A stretch of 62,546 nucleotides of DNA, from the NCBI GenBank assembly GCA_024137785.1, contig JAHRHZ010000221.1, positions 186,001 to 248,546 on the forward strand, read 5' to 3'. This document shows positions 11,350 to 25,490 of the stretch, one piece after another. The DNA is from Ginglymostoma cirratum. Taxonomy: Eukaryota. Position 1 is the stretch's first letter. Each line of letters opens with the position of its first letter. Both the position numbers and the translations under genes were made by a program. The notes under the pieces are model-generated. The model was not told the DNA's origin and did not search any database. It saw only the letters and a program-made list of their open reading frames with translations.

Positions 11350-13130
11350 AAAATGTTAGTGCAAAGAGATAAAGCGGAGGCATTTGCAATCTTCAGTCAA
11401 GAGTGCAGAGTGGATATCCAACCTTAGGTTCCTCCTGAGATTTCCAGTATCAAATGCCAGTCTTCAGCTAATTCCATTCACTATGTAATAAAAACATCTG
11501 GAGATAGTGGATACTGCAAAGGCCAAGAGCTGTCACAATACACTAACAACTGAATCCTTCTACTCCAGAACATCAACATTGTCATCTACCTGATAATGTA
11601 GATCTGACCAGGTCTGTTCCACACAGCAGAACAAAAGTAACCCAGCCAATTACCAGCCCAGTCTAACCTCAAATAGTCAGTCAAGTGACAGTAGGGCTCA
11701 TTAACAGTGCTATTGCTTTGCAATAGCTGCTCACTGACTCAGTTTTGATTTTTCCCAAGGCCATTCAGTTCCTGTCATCGTTACAGCCTTGGTTCAAATG
11801 TGAACCAGAGCTGAAATTCAGAGGGAGCTGACTGTGACAGTCACAGTCATGTAACCTTGATGTCAATGGCTGAGTGCCACTTCAAGAAGCCCTTTGCAAG
11901 ACTGAAATCAATGGGAATTGGGGGAAGCTTTCTTCTGGTTAAAGTAATACCTGGCACAAGAGAAAAAAGGGTCATGGTTGTTAGAGGACTGATGTTTTTA
12001 GTTTCAGGACATCTCTGCAGGGTAGTGTCTAATGTCCAACCATCTTTGGCTGCTTTAATCAGAGACCCTTTCCTCCATAATATGCCCAGATGTGCCCATG
12101 TTCCCAGTGATTGGGCAGCATTCAGCAATATTCATGAATCCTCAAGACAGAAACACTCCATGTCCAAAGGCAGCAAGGCCTGACAGCATGTGTTGCAGAT
12201 GCCAAGTGCCAAGGAGTGTTTGAATCACAAATACCAGGCAATGACACTCTCCAATGAGGGAGACATTCTAACCACTCCCTTGACATTCATTGGCATTCCC
12301 ATTGCTGAAACCCCTATAATCAACATCATTCACTACAAACTGAACTGGACTAGTCATACAAATACAGTGGCTAGAACAGCAGGTCAGAGGCCAATAGTCC
12401 TGCAGCAAGTAACTCACCTGACACTGCAAAGCTTGCTCATCAACAAAGCACAAGACAGGAGTGATGGCATGCACCCCACTTGAATGTTGTTACTGCACTC
12501 TTCCAGACAAGTTCAACATCCAGGACAAAGCAACTTGCTTTACTGGCACCATATCTACAAACATTCACTCCTTGCACCAGAGAGACTCAGTTGCAGCACT
12601 GTACCATCACTGGGATGAATCAAGTGAAAAGCTGGTATCCCATCACCAAGTTACTCTTCATTTCCATGTACGCAGTAAATGAGAGTGACCCAGCTGGCTC
12701 CAAGTCAGTGAACAAAACCCATCACTCCTGTTTGAGTCAGGTAGAGCTCCCTGACTGGAGCAGGTTAACAGCCCCAATCAGGGAACCCATGTTCTGAGGT
12801 CCACCTAGCTGACATCAGTCCAATAACTACACCATGCTCCTCAGACAGCACTGTCCAAACTCAGGACTGATGTTACCCAGGAGGAACTGGCCAGCAGATT
12901 AGTGGGAAACACTACCTGCAAGTTCCTGTCTGAAGGGCTCCCCATCCTGACTTGAGAATCTATTGTCATTCCTTCAATGTTCCTGGGTCAAAGTCTTGCA
13001 GCTTTCTACCCAACACATTCTGGGTGCACCTACACAAAGTGGACTGTCAGCTGTTCATGAAGGCAGACCACCACCTCAGGGGCCACTAGCCATTGGCAAG
13101 AAATGCTGGCCAGCCAGCAAGGCCCAAAAA
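11350..13130 (+). mobile_element. Decayed CR1/L2-group LINE (RT plus 3' UTR), interrupted by a solo LTR
   Basis: RT-like remnants (ORF 11857: LKSMGIGG, RVMVVRG) and a 3' tail shared with many copies in the window. Confidence 0.65.
12611..12831 (-). mobile_element. Solo LTR, same family as 61434-61655 and 21733-21901
   Basis: 221 bp with TG...CA ends on the minus strand; shares ggtatcccatcaccaag, ccaatcaggg and tccacctagctgac with the other copies. Confidence 0.65.
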
Positions 13131-14429
13131 CTCAAGATTGAAGAGTTAAACTGAATGGATTAAATAGCAGTTGCTTTGGCACCAGATACATTAAGACAGC
13201 CTGTTCAGTCTATGGAGACCAAATTTGATTTCACCAACTCAGTCTCCAGTTGCAGGAGATATGCTGCAAATTTTGCATTTCAAAATGTTAGCTCCTGGTC
13301 TCAAAGCCTTGTTTATGTATAAGGCACAAATTAGTCATATGGATTGTCCTCTTGCCTGGCTGGGTACAGCAACAATTTAAACCTGAACACCATCTTGGTC
13401 ACTGCTCAGTTAGCAGCCCACTCAATTGTTTCTGATCCAGGAAGTTGATGTGGGGATTCAGAGATGGTAATGTTTTTCCTAATTCTTAAAAGGATGTGGA
13501 CAACACTGCTCTGGTCAGTATTTGCTGCCCACAAACTGCCTATAGAGGGCAGATCAGAATTACCCAGATTTCTGTGGGCCTGGAGTCAAATTCAGGCCAG
13601 ACTTTAGGGCTGGCAGGTTTCTTTTCCAAAAAAAAGTGAACTAGATTGTCACAAAGAACAGTGCTTGTTACACAGGCACATTAGTCCAGCTTTAATTGAA
13701 TTCAGATTTGTTAGTTCCAATAGTGGGATTTGAAACAGGTCCCAGGAACACTGGATTGCTAATCCAAAGATTGCTTTTAACCTAGGGGTGAATTGAACAA
13801 ACTGACAAGATTTGCAGAGAGCATGTAATACTCCGAACTGAAGGACATTAGTGCATCACATGGAGCTGGTGTGCTAATATCACGACTTAATCCAGAAACC
13901 CAGGCTAAGATTGTTGAAATGGGTTTGAATGCATTAAAAATCTGGAACAGCTACAAGAAAATCTAACCCAAGATCACCATGTAGCCACTCTTGACAGAAT
14001 CCCACTTGATTCACTCATGTCCCTCAGAAGGAAATCTGCTATCCATACTTGTTCTGGACTACCTGTTACTCCAGATCCACAGCAAAAGGGTTGACCCTTA
14101 ACATGATACAATGAGCTGGAATAGGTTATTTGGCCCTTCAAGCCTGCTCCACCATTTAATATAATGGCTGACCATCCAACTTAGTATCCTGTTGGAGCTT
14201 TGGTCCTATACCTTTTGATCTCATGTGGAATTCCACAAGCTCACCACTCGGTGAAGAATCTCTTGACCTCAGTCCAAAGTGGCCTACTCCACATTGAGAC
14301 TGACCTCTGGTTTGTGACCCTAGTCATTGGGAACATTTTCCTGTCTTTATCCTGGAGAGCTGTTAGAATTTTATACATAAAATGCACCATCCCTCCAATT
14401 CCAGTCTCTTTCCCACAGGAGAACACCCT

Positions 14430-15250
14430 TTGTTCTATCCTGTCCTTCTACCTGCAGAGAGAGGTAATCCACTTTCCTCTAATTCTTGTGCCTGTCTTCC
14501 AGTCCAGAAACAGGGTCCTCTTTCCCCCCTGCTCGCTCTCTACACCCTTTCCTTCTATCACAGCAGTCTGTAACATGCAGCTACAGCACTTTTGTATGCA
14601 GTACAACGTGGTGACAGAGACAGGTGTCTAGTACATACACATGAAACCACCATATCCTCTGCTTCCTGTTTTGAGCTGTTGGCATGTTAGAGTTGACTAT
14701 CCAGTCTGTTTAGACAATGTGCACTCAACCTGGCAGTACCCAGCATCTGTTTCTGCAGTGTCAGGAGGGAGGAGGGGAAAGGCACATGGCAGCCTGGCTA
14801 TTAAAAGTGAACCAAGATGCATGACTGAGCTTCTGTCCCTGTGCAATGTTGGGTGTGAAGGAGGAGAGGAAAAAGGATGGCAAGAAAGGTTGAGAGCATC
14901 AAGTGGGAGGGATCAAAGAGGGAAAGATATGGAGAGCCTTGTGTACAGTACAGCCAGAATGAATCAGTTTCTGTTGGGAGGGGATGGAAGGAGAAAAAGA
15001 GACCATAAGGACATTATAAATATGGGCACTATGTGACCACTGAGCTTTCCTCACTCTTCAACAAGATATTTGATCTTTCCCTAAACGCCAGCTTCTCACT
15101 ATCCCAACATCCCTCAATTCCCTTTATGCCAAAACCCTACCAAAGTCTTGTGATTATACAAAACAATTGAAGCCATAGCACTCAGGAAAGTGAATTGAAG
15201 ATATTACTGTCCACTGAGTGAAGTATTTCCTCCATCTCAATCTCAAAGTG
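14430..15250. repeat. Copy 1 of a locally triplicated unique module
   Basis: Shares ordered motifs (gcagtctg..catgcag, tctgcttcctgtt..gagctgtt, caacctgg...ccagc, gtgaacca, agcttctgtc) and the same downstream CR1-tail piece with copies 2 and 3. Confidence 0.65.
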
Positions 15251-17199
15251 AATACCTCCTTATGCTCAACTTGTTTCCTAGTTCTAGTTGCCTCTGGCAA
15301 TGCAGTGGCACCTTCACTTGTAATCTAGACCTAGGACAAAAAAGTTCTGGAGGCATGGACTCAACAGTAGAAGTGAGTGAGTATGAATCAACACTTTCTA
15401 AAGAAATATTGAAAAGATGGAATTGGAAAAAGTTAGGCCAATGAGTATGGCTCACTTGGTTCCTGGCAGGCATTGGTGAAAGGAAAATCTGTCTGTCCAA
15501 CATGTCACTGCAGATCCACAGCAATGTCTTGACTCCCAAATGCCCTGAGAAATGAGTTAGCAAGTCATTGTTGTACCTGAAGGCTTTTGCTTCATCACCC
15601 TCACACCTATGCATGCTGTTCCAGTGCTGTAACTGCACTGACATCTACAAGGCCATGTGACAAACTGCACAGGTATGTCCTGTGTACAAAAAGCAGGAGG
15701 AAGCCAATTTGTCCAACTGTTTCCCATTTGTCTATTTTCAGTCACTAAAGTGATGGAAAAGGTCTTAGGCAATTCTATCAAGAGGCACTTCCTCAACAAT
15801 AAGTCATCCACTAGCATCTAATTTGGGTTCTGCCAGAACAACTCTCCTGATCTCATTGGTCTAAACGTGGGCAAAGTGTTTGAAACTGAGCTAGAGTAGA
15901 AACACCTCATTGGCGGAATTACTGCCAGAGATGGTCAAGTCCTAAAAACTTACTGTCAACATCTTGGATGCTACCATCAAGAAATGGAAGTGAACCAGCC
16001 ATGTAAATGCAGTGGCTATGGAGAAAGTTAGGGAAAGGAATCCGGCAGTGATTAATTCACTTCCTGACTCCCAAAGCCTGCTCACCATCTCCAAGGCACA
16101 AGTCAGGAATAAGATTGTGCACTGCAGCTATTTTCCAAAGTTTTAGACATCCTTCAGACTACAACACTTCTATCCGTTGTCATGGTAGAGTGGAATGTGC
16201 TGGGCTATGCAGTTATAGATGGTGGCTGAATACAATTCTGCTACTGATCACAGCCCACAACACCTTGTTGATGCCAGTTTAGCAACACTGCATCAGTTCA
16301 AAATCTGTCACATTTCAAGAGTGGTGGCCAATGTGAAGACAGGACAGGGTCTTCACAAGGACTGCTCAGTGATACTATTGTGAACAGTTGTGTGTGTGGC
16401 AGGCAGATCAGTGAGAATGAAGTCAAGCAGATAGCTCTCTTGCTGGGTCTCAACCTGGTGGACCCAGTCCAGCAGCTACATCCTTTTGTACTCAGGCAAT
16501 AGAGTGTAGCTGACCTCATCTTAGTAACTGACATTGAAGTTCTACACTCAGGCTTTGTTTCCTTGCTACTCTGAATGATTCCTCCAAGTGTTGCTCAATC
16601 TGGAGAAGCACTGATGCACCTGCTGGGGGCATGATGGTAAATGCTAGTCAGTAGAAGGGATCCTTGCATGTGTTAGACCTGATTCCATGAGACTCCTTGG
16701 GGTTCAGGAAGTGTTGAGAACTCCCATGTCAACCCTTCGTGTTTATAACAGGTTTATCCTGATCTGTTGGGTCTGCTCTTGTGTCTAAGAAATCTGTGAC
16801 TATGGCTATGTCACGTTGTTGATTGACTAGTTCATGGGACCATGCTGTAGGTTTTACATAAACCCCAGTTGGATGTTGCAAAGTTCTCCTCCCCATGGGA
16901 CTGTTTCCCTGGACCTTGGATGCTAAATAGTCCTTCCATTATCTTTTCTTTAGGAAAGTAGTATGATTGATACAACTGGGTGTCCTGCTTGGATATTTCA
17001 GAGGGTATCCAAGAGTCAACCACATTGCTGTGGATCTGGAGTCAGATGTTAACCAGGCCAGCATGGGAAATCTTCCTTCCCTGAAGGACATGAGAAAGAT
17101 TATCTGAAACCAAAATCCATGGTTAGCCATTAGGGGATTTCATTTTAATATAATTTAACAATTCCTCTTTTCACACCCTATATCATTAAATTGCCTTTG

Positions 17200-17960
17200 T
17201 CCAAATCACTGTTTTGATTCACATTCAATGTTCCTCCCTTTATTTTCTAACTCCTCTCTCCCACTTCAGCATCCTGAAACATGCAGATACTGCATTTTAC
17301 ACTCGCATGAGAAGCAGTCACTGAGCAATAGGAACACCTCCACAATTCACCTATTTACAATTTCAGTAGAGGCAAGTGAATGGTTCCTCACACCATTGCT
17401 CATGAGAAATGGTCTGCTATTCTGCTTCAAGTTTGTCCAGGCAGTCTGTACAGAGAATGTACAAGAGAAACAAGTGGATAGTCAAGCTGGAAATGCCAGC
17501 TTATGTACAGTATCTGGATGGAGGGGAGACAGTGGGAAAGGGTGTAGACCTTTTGGCTTGTACAGTGAACCAGCCTGGGATATCCAGCTTGGGTCTGTCC
17601 CTGTGGAGTGCTGGTAGGGAGAGAGCCAGAGCGAGAGACAGGATCAGGGAGAGGCAGTGTGTTTGTGGACAGTGCAGCCAGAATGTGAATTATAGCTTCT
17701 GTCTGTATGGGGGGGGGGTGGTGAAGTTGGGAGAAAAAAGAAAATAAAGACATGAATGTGGGCAGGAGTGGCTGACTACAGCTTTTCTTCATTTTTAATC
17801 AGTGAGCCGTCTGATCTTCTCCCTAAACTTCATCTTCTCACATTATCACCATATCCTCTCATTCCCAAAATCTTGACTATTAATTGATGACTGAGAATCC
17901 ACAGCACTGTGCTGAGTTGGAAACAACCCTTTGAGTGAAAAAATCCTAGTGATCTGTTCT
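17200..17960. repeat. Copy 2 of the triplicated module
   Basis: catgcagatactgca, attgctcatgagaaatgg, ctggaaatgccagc, tgtgaattatagcttctgtctgt, followed by the same CR1-tail piece. Confidence 0.65.
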
Positions 17961-18786
17961 AAATGACCAAATGCTTATTCAAGGCTTGAGAGTCTCAGTT
18001 CTGGATTTACCAAAGACTAACAGCACCTCCATCAAAAGCCTTGATGTTTGTGCTCTCTACATTTGCCTTGTACAGCTGGAGATGGTGCTCTGGAAGCCAA
18101 CAGCCCTCCCAGAGGGGTCTGGTGCACTTATATCCTCTAGCTGGGTATGCAAGGTTCCCATTGCTCAGATGAGGGATTGTTCTGTAGGAAGCCAGCCAAC
18201 ATTTTTGGCATGTTCTTTGAATACTGTTGCAAATACTTCAGCCTTCTGTTTTGCACTGCTGACCTGGGCTTCCTATTATGGAGGATGGGGAATGTGGGGT
18301 CTCCCATTTAGTTGTTTGTCAGCAGCATGACCAAGTGAATGTGGCAGGACTAGACATTAGATCCAGACACTGCTGGAATCATACCTGGCATATCAAGATG
18401 GTTGTGGCTATTGGAGGTCAGTCAGTCACAGCTCTAGGAGATCTCTTCAGGGGAATCCTCAGGGTAGCCAACCTTGGCCCAAGCACCTTTAGCTGTTTGT
18501 CAATTTATTCAGCACCATTCATGATTCCTCATTGAAGCAGCCCATGTTCAAATGCATGAAGATTTGGACTAAAATGGCAAGTAACATTCCTGCCAAATTT
18601 TGCCAGACAGTGACCATTTCCAACAAAGACAATCCAACCATTACCTCTTGACATTCAGTGGTATTGCTAACACAATCAACATCCTGAAGATTACCATCGA
18701 CCAGAAATGGAACTAGACTAGTAATATAAATGTAGTGGCTACCAGAAGTCAGAGGCTAGGAATGCCACAGCAAGTAACTGACATCC

Positions 18787-21700
18787 TAAATCAATCCAGA
18801 GGCCAATATCCTGTCACCAAGTCACCTTTAATTTACATATGGTGCATCCTCAACAATGATCCAGCTTCCTCAGCTGCTCGGAGTGTACACAGCCTCTAGC
18901 TCTGTTTATTGCTTCTTTTAAATGGCAAAAAAAGAAGGCCTGATAAGGGCAATGGCTATGAGAGAGAAAAACAAAAAGGGTAAGGGCTAAATCAGAGTTG
19001 GAGGGGGAAATATAGCACTAGTCTTTCTGATCGCAGAAAGAGTCCCATGGGTCTGACAAAACTTCCCCCAAAAGAAAACTCTCATTTAGCAGAGTCTGGT
19101 GTGGTGTTGGCATTCCTGGTACTGTTACCTTCTCTTCCCCTGCCAAAAAGTCTGACAAGATCAGATTTAACCTTATTCTCTCCATCAACAACTCTGCTGC
19201 ATTTATCTTTTAATTGCATAAGGGATGATCTTACATCCCTTACAAGTAGGAACCAAGACAGTTTGGAATCCAGTGAAGCTGCATGCTGTTTAAGCCTGCC
19301 CTTTCTACCAAACCATTGGATGATGGATAGTATCGAGGGGGTCCTTCCACGAGGAGGACCATTTGCCTTTAGGAAAAAGTCAAATTCCCCGCTGTTAAAC
19401 GATGCCTGTTATTTGTGACCAACACTTTCAAGCGTCTGAATTTCATAAAACATGTGCACAGTTTTCCTATTGTCATCCATGTTTGATGGATGAGCTCTAT
19501 GCACATCCAGCCACTGTGTCCACAATGACCAAGAACATTGAGCACATGGAAGGACTGGGGTAGTCAGTCAATGTGTAACTGAGCCCAGGGTTTATGCAGT
19601 CATTGCCTTAAGTGTGGGAGGCTACTGGTGGCAATTTTTGCTCTTGGAATGCTCAGCCTTGCCCCACCAATGCAGCCATGTCTGCTGCAAATCCAAACCA
19701 GCACGCAATTTTGCCAACATCTCCATTTTGGGAACCTCGAATTCAGACAGTAATTGGACACCCTAAACTGTTCTGATCTCTTCAGGTCCAAACAGGTTTC
19801 AATTCTGGTTGTGACAGCCCCTTTGTTTCTCCCCCTCCATTTCAGTTTTGCTAGGACTGGATCTTTTGCATTCAATGTCTGCTGTTGACAGCTATGACTG
19901 GAAGTGTGTAGTAAGTTTGAAACTATTAGACTCTTCCATGCCAGCAAGAGTTGACCCTAATGTATCCATATTTGTTACCTGGACTCCTGGTGTTCCAATT
20001 TATAATTATATGCACTTTGTACAAGACCCCACTGCTGAATTTGGCCTGTAGCTGCAGGTGGCATTGCCATGTCCTCCAAGTAGACCCAGCCAGAGGCTGT
20101 GGTCCATTATTAATGCAAACTTACATCTATAAAGCCATTGGAGGAGCTTCCCAATTCCAAGTATGACCAAACCCTCCTTGTCTATTGGAGACCATTTTGG
20201 CTCTGCATACTAATCTTCAAGTGGGAGGGAGCACATTTTTCCAGCTGTAAAAAGCAATTTAGCATTTTTTTAGAATCCCCACTAAAGGTGAATCAACACA
20301 TCAGGCATCAGAATTGGTACAACCAGTGCTACCCATTCCACAAAATGGACTTTTGATGATTCCTTCATTTTCCAACCTTCTGATTTGTGCCTTTACAGCA
20401 AATGGCTATGGGCAGGCCTTGCAGAATTGTGAACTTGCTTCCTGGTCAATGTGCAAGGCAGACTTGACTCCTTTGATAGTATCTAGATCTTGCTGAAATC
20501 ATCCAGGTATTTCATTAGGACCTCACTCCAGTGACAATATGAATTAGTTGAAGAATGTTGAGCCAGTCCAGGTGACTCATTCTCAATGAATTCCACCCCA
20601 TCAAGCTTGGGCCTGAACCTTTTACAACATGGTAACTGAACCAGCTGCTTATCAATTTAGTTTGAGTGTTAGTTTAGAAATGCTCCCTGGTACAGGTTCT
20701 CCTTCTAGCCGAGGTCCTGCTTAAAATTAAGGGCCAACATCCAGAGCAAATTTTGCTAAAGATCTGTTCTGCAATCACAATACAAGTGTGGATGTTTGAC
20801 CTCCATTAGAAGGCAGGGGGACAATTTGCTTGGCTTGATTCTGACTTGGATGTTGCTAAGGCATTTCACTGTTCCAATCAGGTGTGGGTAGGCTTTGCAG
20901 GGTGTGCATTCTCCTGGATACCAGTCCATGAGTTCTTACTCAGTTTAGGTAAAGTGTGATTACTGTTGCTGTGGGCTTGACACAGTAAAACAACAGCTTG
21001 CTGACTTGGATCCTGAAGAAAGTTTGAGCCATTTGGCAGAAGCTTGGTTTTTTTGGGGGGTTTTGCTACAGGCTGACCTACAGTAGCTCTGTTCAGGATA
21101 TATCCAGAGTGAGGCTTCCACAAACCCAGACTGGCAAGGGTATCCCCTTCCATGGGAAATACTCTGCAATTCATGTGCTCCACGTGCCACATTATCCATT
21201 AACAAATGGAGTTGCAGTGCCTATTTGAAGTCCAATTGGGCTTCAGCCAGCAGGCACTTTTGCCTAGTGACATCATCAATCCCACATACTAAACAGCCTC
21301 TCAGTAGCTCATTAAAGATTAAATGAAAGTCACATGCCCATCAGTAATCTTAACCAACACAAACCCCAATTCACATTCTCAACTTGCCAAGTAAAACCAG
21401 TAGCATCTCAGAATTCAGAGGCTTGGGGTTATAATATTCCTTAACTGAATCCATCAACTCCTGAGAGGTTTTAACATGTAGTAGCTCAGGATGAGCTAGG
21501 CTCAATATAACTAAAAAGCTGTCAAGAGAATTACTTGTTGCTTTTCTTCTGCCCCGATGCCATTTGCCCAGACAACATAACATCTCCTTTCCACATGCTG
21601 AACCAAGTCTTCAACCACAGGATAAAATGCATCAAGCTTCCCAAATAATATGTCATCAGAGATGCTCACCCAACTCAAAGACAATTGTTCCAAGTAAATT

Positions 21701-21901
21701 TCTTCAGGAACATGCTTTCCTCTTGTCACCACTGAGATAATTCCATCAAGGCCAGTTTCCCATCACCAAGCCACCCTTCATTTACATATAGCACAGATCC
21801 TCTGACACTCCTGTTTATATCTGTCAGCCAGGGGTCCCTGATTGGACCAGAATGACATATTCTATGAGTTCCACCTGGCTGACCCTGTTCCAATTACTAC
21901 A
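18787..21901 (-). mobile_element. Decayed Gypsy-type LTR retrotransposon
   Basis: 5' LTR 21733-21901 (TG...CA) followed by PBS-like TGGTGACAAG. Gag start LFGKLDAFYPVVEDLVQHVER...ANGIGAEEKQQVILL (ORF 21511-21732). Integrase-like KVLVTNN remnant at about 19410-19430. Partial same-orientation 3' LTR at about 18787-18910. Confidence 0.75.
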
Positions 21902-22029
21902 CCTCCAAGTCATCTGAAAATACCTCTCTCTATTACTTTGCTGTTGTGAACTGATAAAACTGACAGGCTTTTCAAACAGCACATAACAGACATTCGGAAC
22001 TGAAGGACATTAGTACATCAGGTCAAAGA

Positions 22030-22330
22030 GGAAATGTCACTGGATTAATAATCCAGAGCCCCAGGCTCACTTTCTGTGAATATGTGTTTGAGTTCTATAA
22101 AGTTCTGGCCCAATGATCAGCATATAAACACTTTTATTTGCCACAGAATCCCATCTGCTTCACTGGAATCCTTGAGGAAAGGAGAGCTGTCATTCTTACT
22201 TGTCTGGTCCACTTGTCACATCAGACCCACAGCAAAGTGTTTGACTCTTAACTGCCCTCTGGGTAATGATGGGTGGGTAATAAATGTTGGCTGGGCCAAT
22301 TGTGCCCACATCCCAGGAATGAATAAAAAC
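22030..22330 (+). mobile_element. tRNA-derived SINE with L2-type 3' tail
   Basis: Same family as 52152-52490; ends ...taataaatgttggc...cccacatcccaggaatgaataaaaac. Confidence 0.6.
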
Positions 22331-22555
22331 TGAGAATAATAAGGTGTAGAGCTGGATGAACACAGCAGGCCAAGCAGCATCAGAGGAGAAGGAAGGCTGA
22401 TGTTTCAGGCCTAGGCCCTTCTTCATTTCTGAAGAAGGGTCTAGGCCCGAAACATCGACCTTCCTTCTCCTCTGATGCTGCTTGGCCTGCTGTGTTCATC
22501 CAGCTTTACACCTTGTTATTCTCAGATTCTCCAGCATCTGCAGTTCATGCTATCC
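22331..22555. mobile_element. Penelope-derived inverted-repeat element with hammerhead-like core and 12-bp TSD
   Basis: Arms of about 95 bp are reverse complements (about 22331-22425 and 22430-22524); core CTGAAGA-AGGGTCTAGGCCC-GAAACATC; ATGAATAAAAAC at 22319-22330 and 22556-22567. Confidence 0.8.
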
Positions 22556-23899
22556 ATGAATAAAAACATGTGGGATTTAGAATAATTCAGCAGTTTCATT
22601 CACGTAAGAAGCTGTCAGTTGCTGCCGGGCCTGCTGTGTTTATCCAGCATTCTCTGTGTATGTATCACTACATTTATTTAACTTGTTCTATGGATGTGTG
22701 TGTCACTGGCAAGTACAAAAGCAATTAGCCATCCTGAACTGTCCTTCAACAGGTGGCGGTCAGTTGTCTTAGTGAAATGCTGTGTGGTGGACATAAACAC
22801 ATAGTTATTATAAAAGGCAGAGTTCTACAGTTTACACCCGAAAATAGTGAACTGCATGGCTTGACGTTATGATGGTGTGTGACTTGCAGGGGCCATGTCA
22901 TTGTTGGTCTTTCTGTGCACCTACTGTCCTTGCTCCACCAACTGGTGGAGGTCTCGGGTTTCAGAGGTGCCATCAAAGACAGTTTGGTGAGTTACTGCAG
23001 TGCATCCTGGAAATGTCCACAGTGAATGTTTGAGGTGGGAGCACCGGGGACGATTAAACAGGGAGCAAATGCAGGACCAGGTATTGTATGAAATTCCCAG
23101 TCCCATGCCAGGCCAATTCTGTTACTGTTGGTGGCCCACAATGCCTCACACATGTCCAATCTTGTGTTGCTGGATCTGTTCGAACTCTGTCCCCTTTAGC
23201 ATGGAGATAGTGGCCATAAAACGTGGCAGAAGGTTTTCTCAACATGAATAGAATAAAGAACAAAGAACAAGGAAAATTACAGAGCAGGAACAGGCCCTTC
23301 GGCCCGCCAAGCCTGCGCCGATCCGGATCTTCTATCTAATCCTGTCGCCTATCTTCCAAGGATCTGTATCCCTCTGCTCTCTGCCCATTCATGTATCTGT
23401 CTGGATACATCTCAAATGACGCTTTCGTGCCCGAATGTAGGACTTCTTCTCGGTTCCACTTGGACTGTGAGATAATCATTCTTCCCAATTCTGTCACTGA
23501 CAGGTGCATTTGCAGCATACAAGTTGAAGTCAAGTATGTTTTTTCCCTCTTGTTGGTTCCATCACCACCCGTTGCAGACCCAGTCTAGAAGCTGTGTGCT
23601 TTATGACCTGACCAGCTCGATCAGTAGCGCTGCTGCTGAGAAATTCTTGAGGGACAGTGAAATACACCACCCAGAGTACATTTTACACTCTTGCCATGCA
23701 CAAGTGTTATTCCACAGGGAGGAATACTGATTCATCAGGAGCGGGGATGGTATGTGATAATCAGTGGGACGTTTCCTTGACAATGTCTCCCCTTAAGCCA
23801 TGAGGCTTCATGGGGAACATAGTCAATGTTGAAGACTTCTTCCATTTCATTTCCACTCATTAGTGCATGTCACTTCAACTCCTATTCTTTCTCTTTCCC

Positions 23900-24720
23900 A
23901 TTTTATAACACACTGTTACCTTTCATTTTCTCCCTTGTTCTCTGCATGCAGCTCCATTTAATCCCCTTTCCATTAAATCGTGTCTCTCTCCCACTCCAGG
24001 ACATACTCTGCCCTTCTTTCTCCTCACCCTCTCTCAATCTATACTCTCCAGTTTATCGCAGCAGTCTGTGTATCATGCAGCTGCAGCATTTCTCCCAGGC
24101 AACAGAATCTGCGACAGACCAATAGAAGCTCCTGCCAGGCCTGTGGTCACCCATCTGTAAATTCAGTGTATGGAGCTACACATTCAATTGCTCACGAGAA
24201 ACGGCCCAATCGTCTGCTTCCTGTTGAGAGCTGTTTGTTTCTCTCTCTCAGCCAATTTTCAAGGCTGTCAGTTTAAACAATAGACAGACAACCTGGAAAT
24301 GCCAGCTGCTGTTTCTGTGCAGTATGGAGAGGGAGGAGGTGGGAGAATGGACCTGGCCGTCTGTTTGTCCACTGTGCACCAGATTGTGAATTACAGCTCT
24401 GTCTGTGTGTGGGACTGAATGGGAGACAGATGGAAAGAGGGAGAAAAAAAAAGAATCAGGAAATATTAAATAATGGCTACATCAGCCATTGATTCCTTAG
24501 AGTTTGTTCCACTTTTCAAAAACGAAGTTGTTTGATTTCTTCCGAATCTCCAGCTTCTCACACTATCATTACATCCCTGAATACTCTTCATGCCCATAAA
24601 ACTATTGAGGTCATCTCGAATATATTTAATGACTGAGAATGCACAGCACACTCAGGAAGAGAACTGAAAAGATCAGAACACTTTAAATGAAGACATTGTT
24701 CCTGAACTGAATTGTAAACA
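23900..24720. repeat. Copy 3 of the triplicated module
   Basis: Best-preserved copy (retains CpGs, ccaat, cttcctgtt); same motif order and downstream flank as copies 1 and 2. Confidence 0.65.
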
Positions 24721-24759
24721 AACAACTTCTTCAGCGCAACCCGTGATTCCTAGTTCTAT

Positions 24760-25490
24760 CGTCTTTTCATGGTTTATGGGTCTGAACATATGGCATTAGG
24801 GAGATACGGCTACAAGAGATCAAAGCTGGAAACTAAATGTTCTGGACCATGTGAGCTTTCAAAAGGACAGAAAGTAAGGAAAGGGTGGTGGGGTAGCATT
24901 GACAGCACGGGATGGAATTAATATGACAGGAAGAAATGACCTCTGGTTGGAAGATGTAGAATCCATATGGCCTGTGGTAAGAAATAAATAGGGGAAGAGG
25001 ACGTTGGTAGCAGTTGCTATAGGCCCCCTAACAGGAAATAATGTGGGCATGTAATACTGGCTGTACGTTAGTCATGGGTAACTTCAATCTTTATGGCAGT
25101 TTGGATAGTCAGATTAGCAGAAGTAGCTACAAGAAAGAATTCATACAGTGTATTCGCAGTTTCCAAGAACAATAATTTTGTCGATCCAAGTGAAGGATTA
25201 GGCTATTTTGGATCTGGCAATGACACAAATTTAACAAATGATATCAGAGTAAAAAAATCCCGAGGAGACAGTGACCATAACATGGTAGATTTTAACTTGA
25301 GTGGGAGAAACTTGGGTTGGAAATAACTGTGCTAAACTGAAATAAGAGTAATTACAAAGGAATGGGAGTCGAGCAAGATGAAGAGGAATAGGCAAGGGGT
25401 TTAACAGCAAAGATGGTTGAGGAACAATGTCAGACATTTTAAAAAGCAGTATATGACTCATAGCAAAGGATAAATAGTTTTTGCAGTTGC
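24760..25490 (+). mobile_element. Decayed CR1 LINE endonuclease region
   Basis: APE-like remnants: ggtggtggggtagcattg (GGGVAL), gaatccatatgg (ESIW), gacagtgaccataacatggta (DSDHNMV). Confidence 0.7.
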
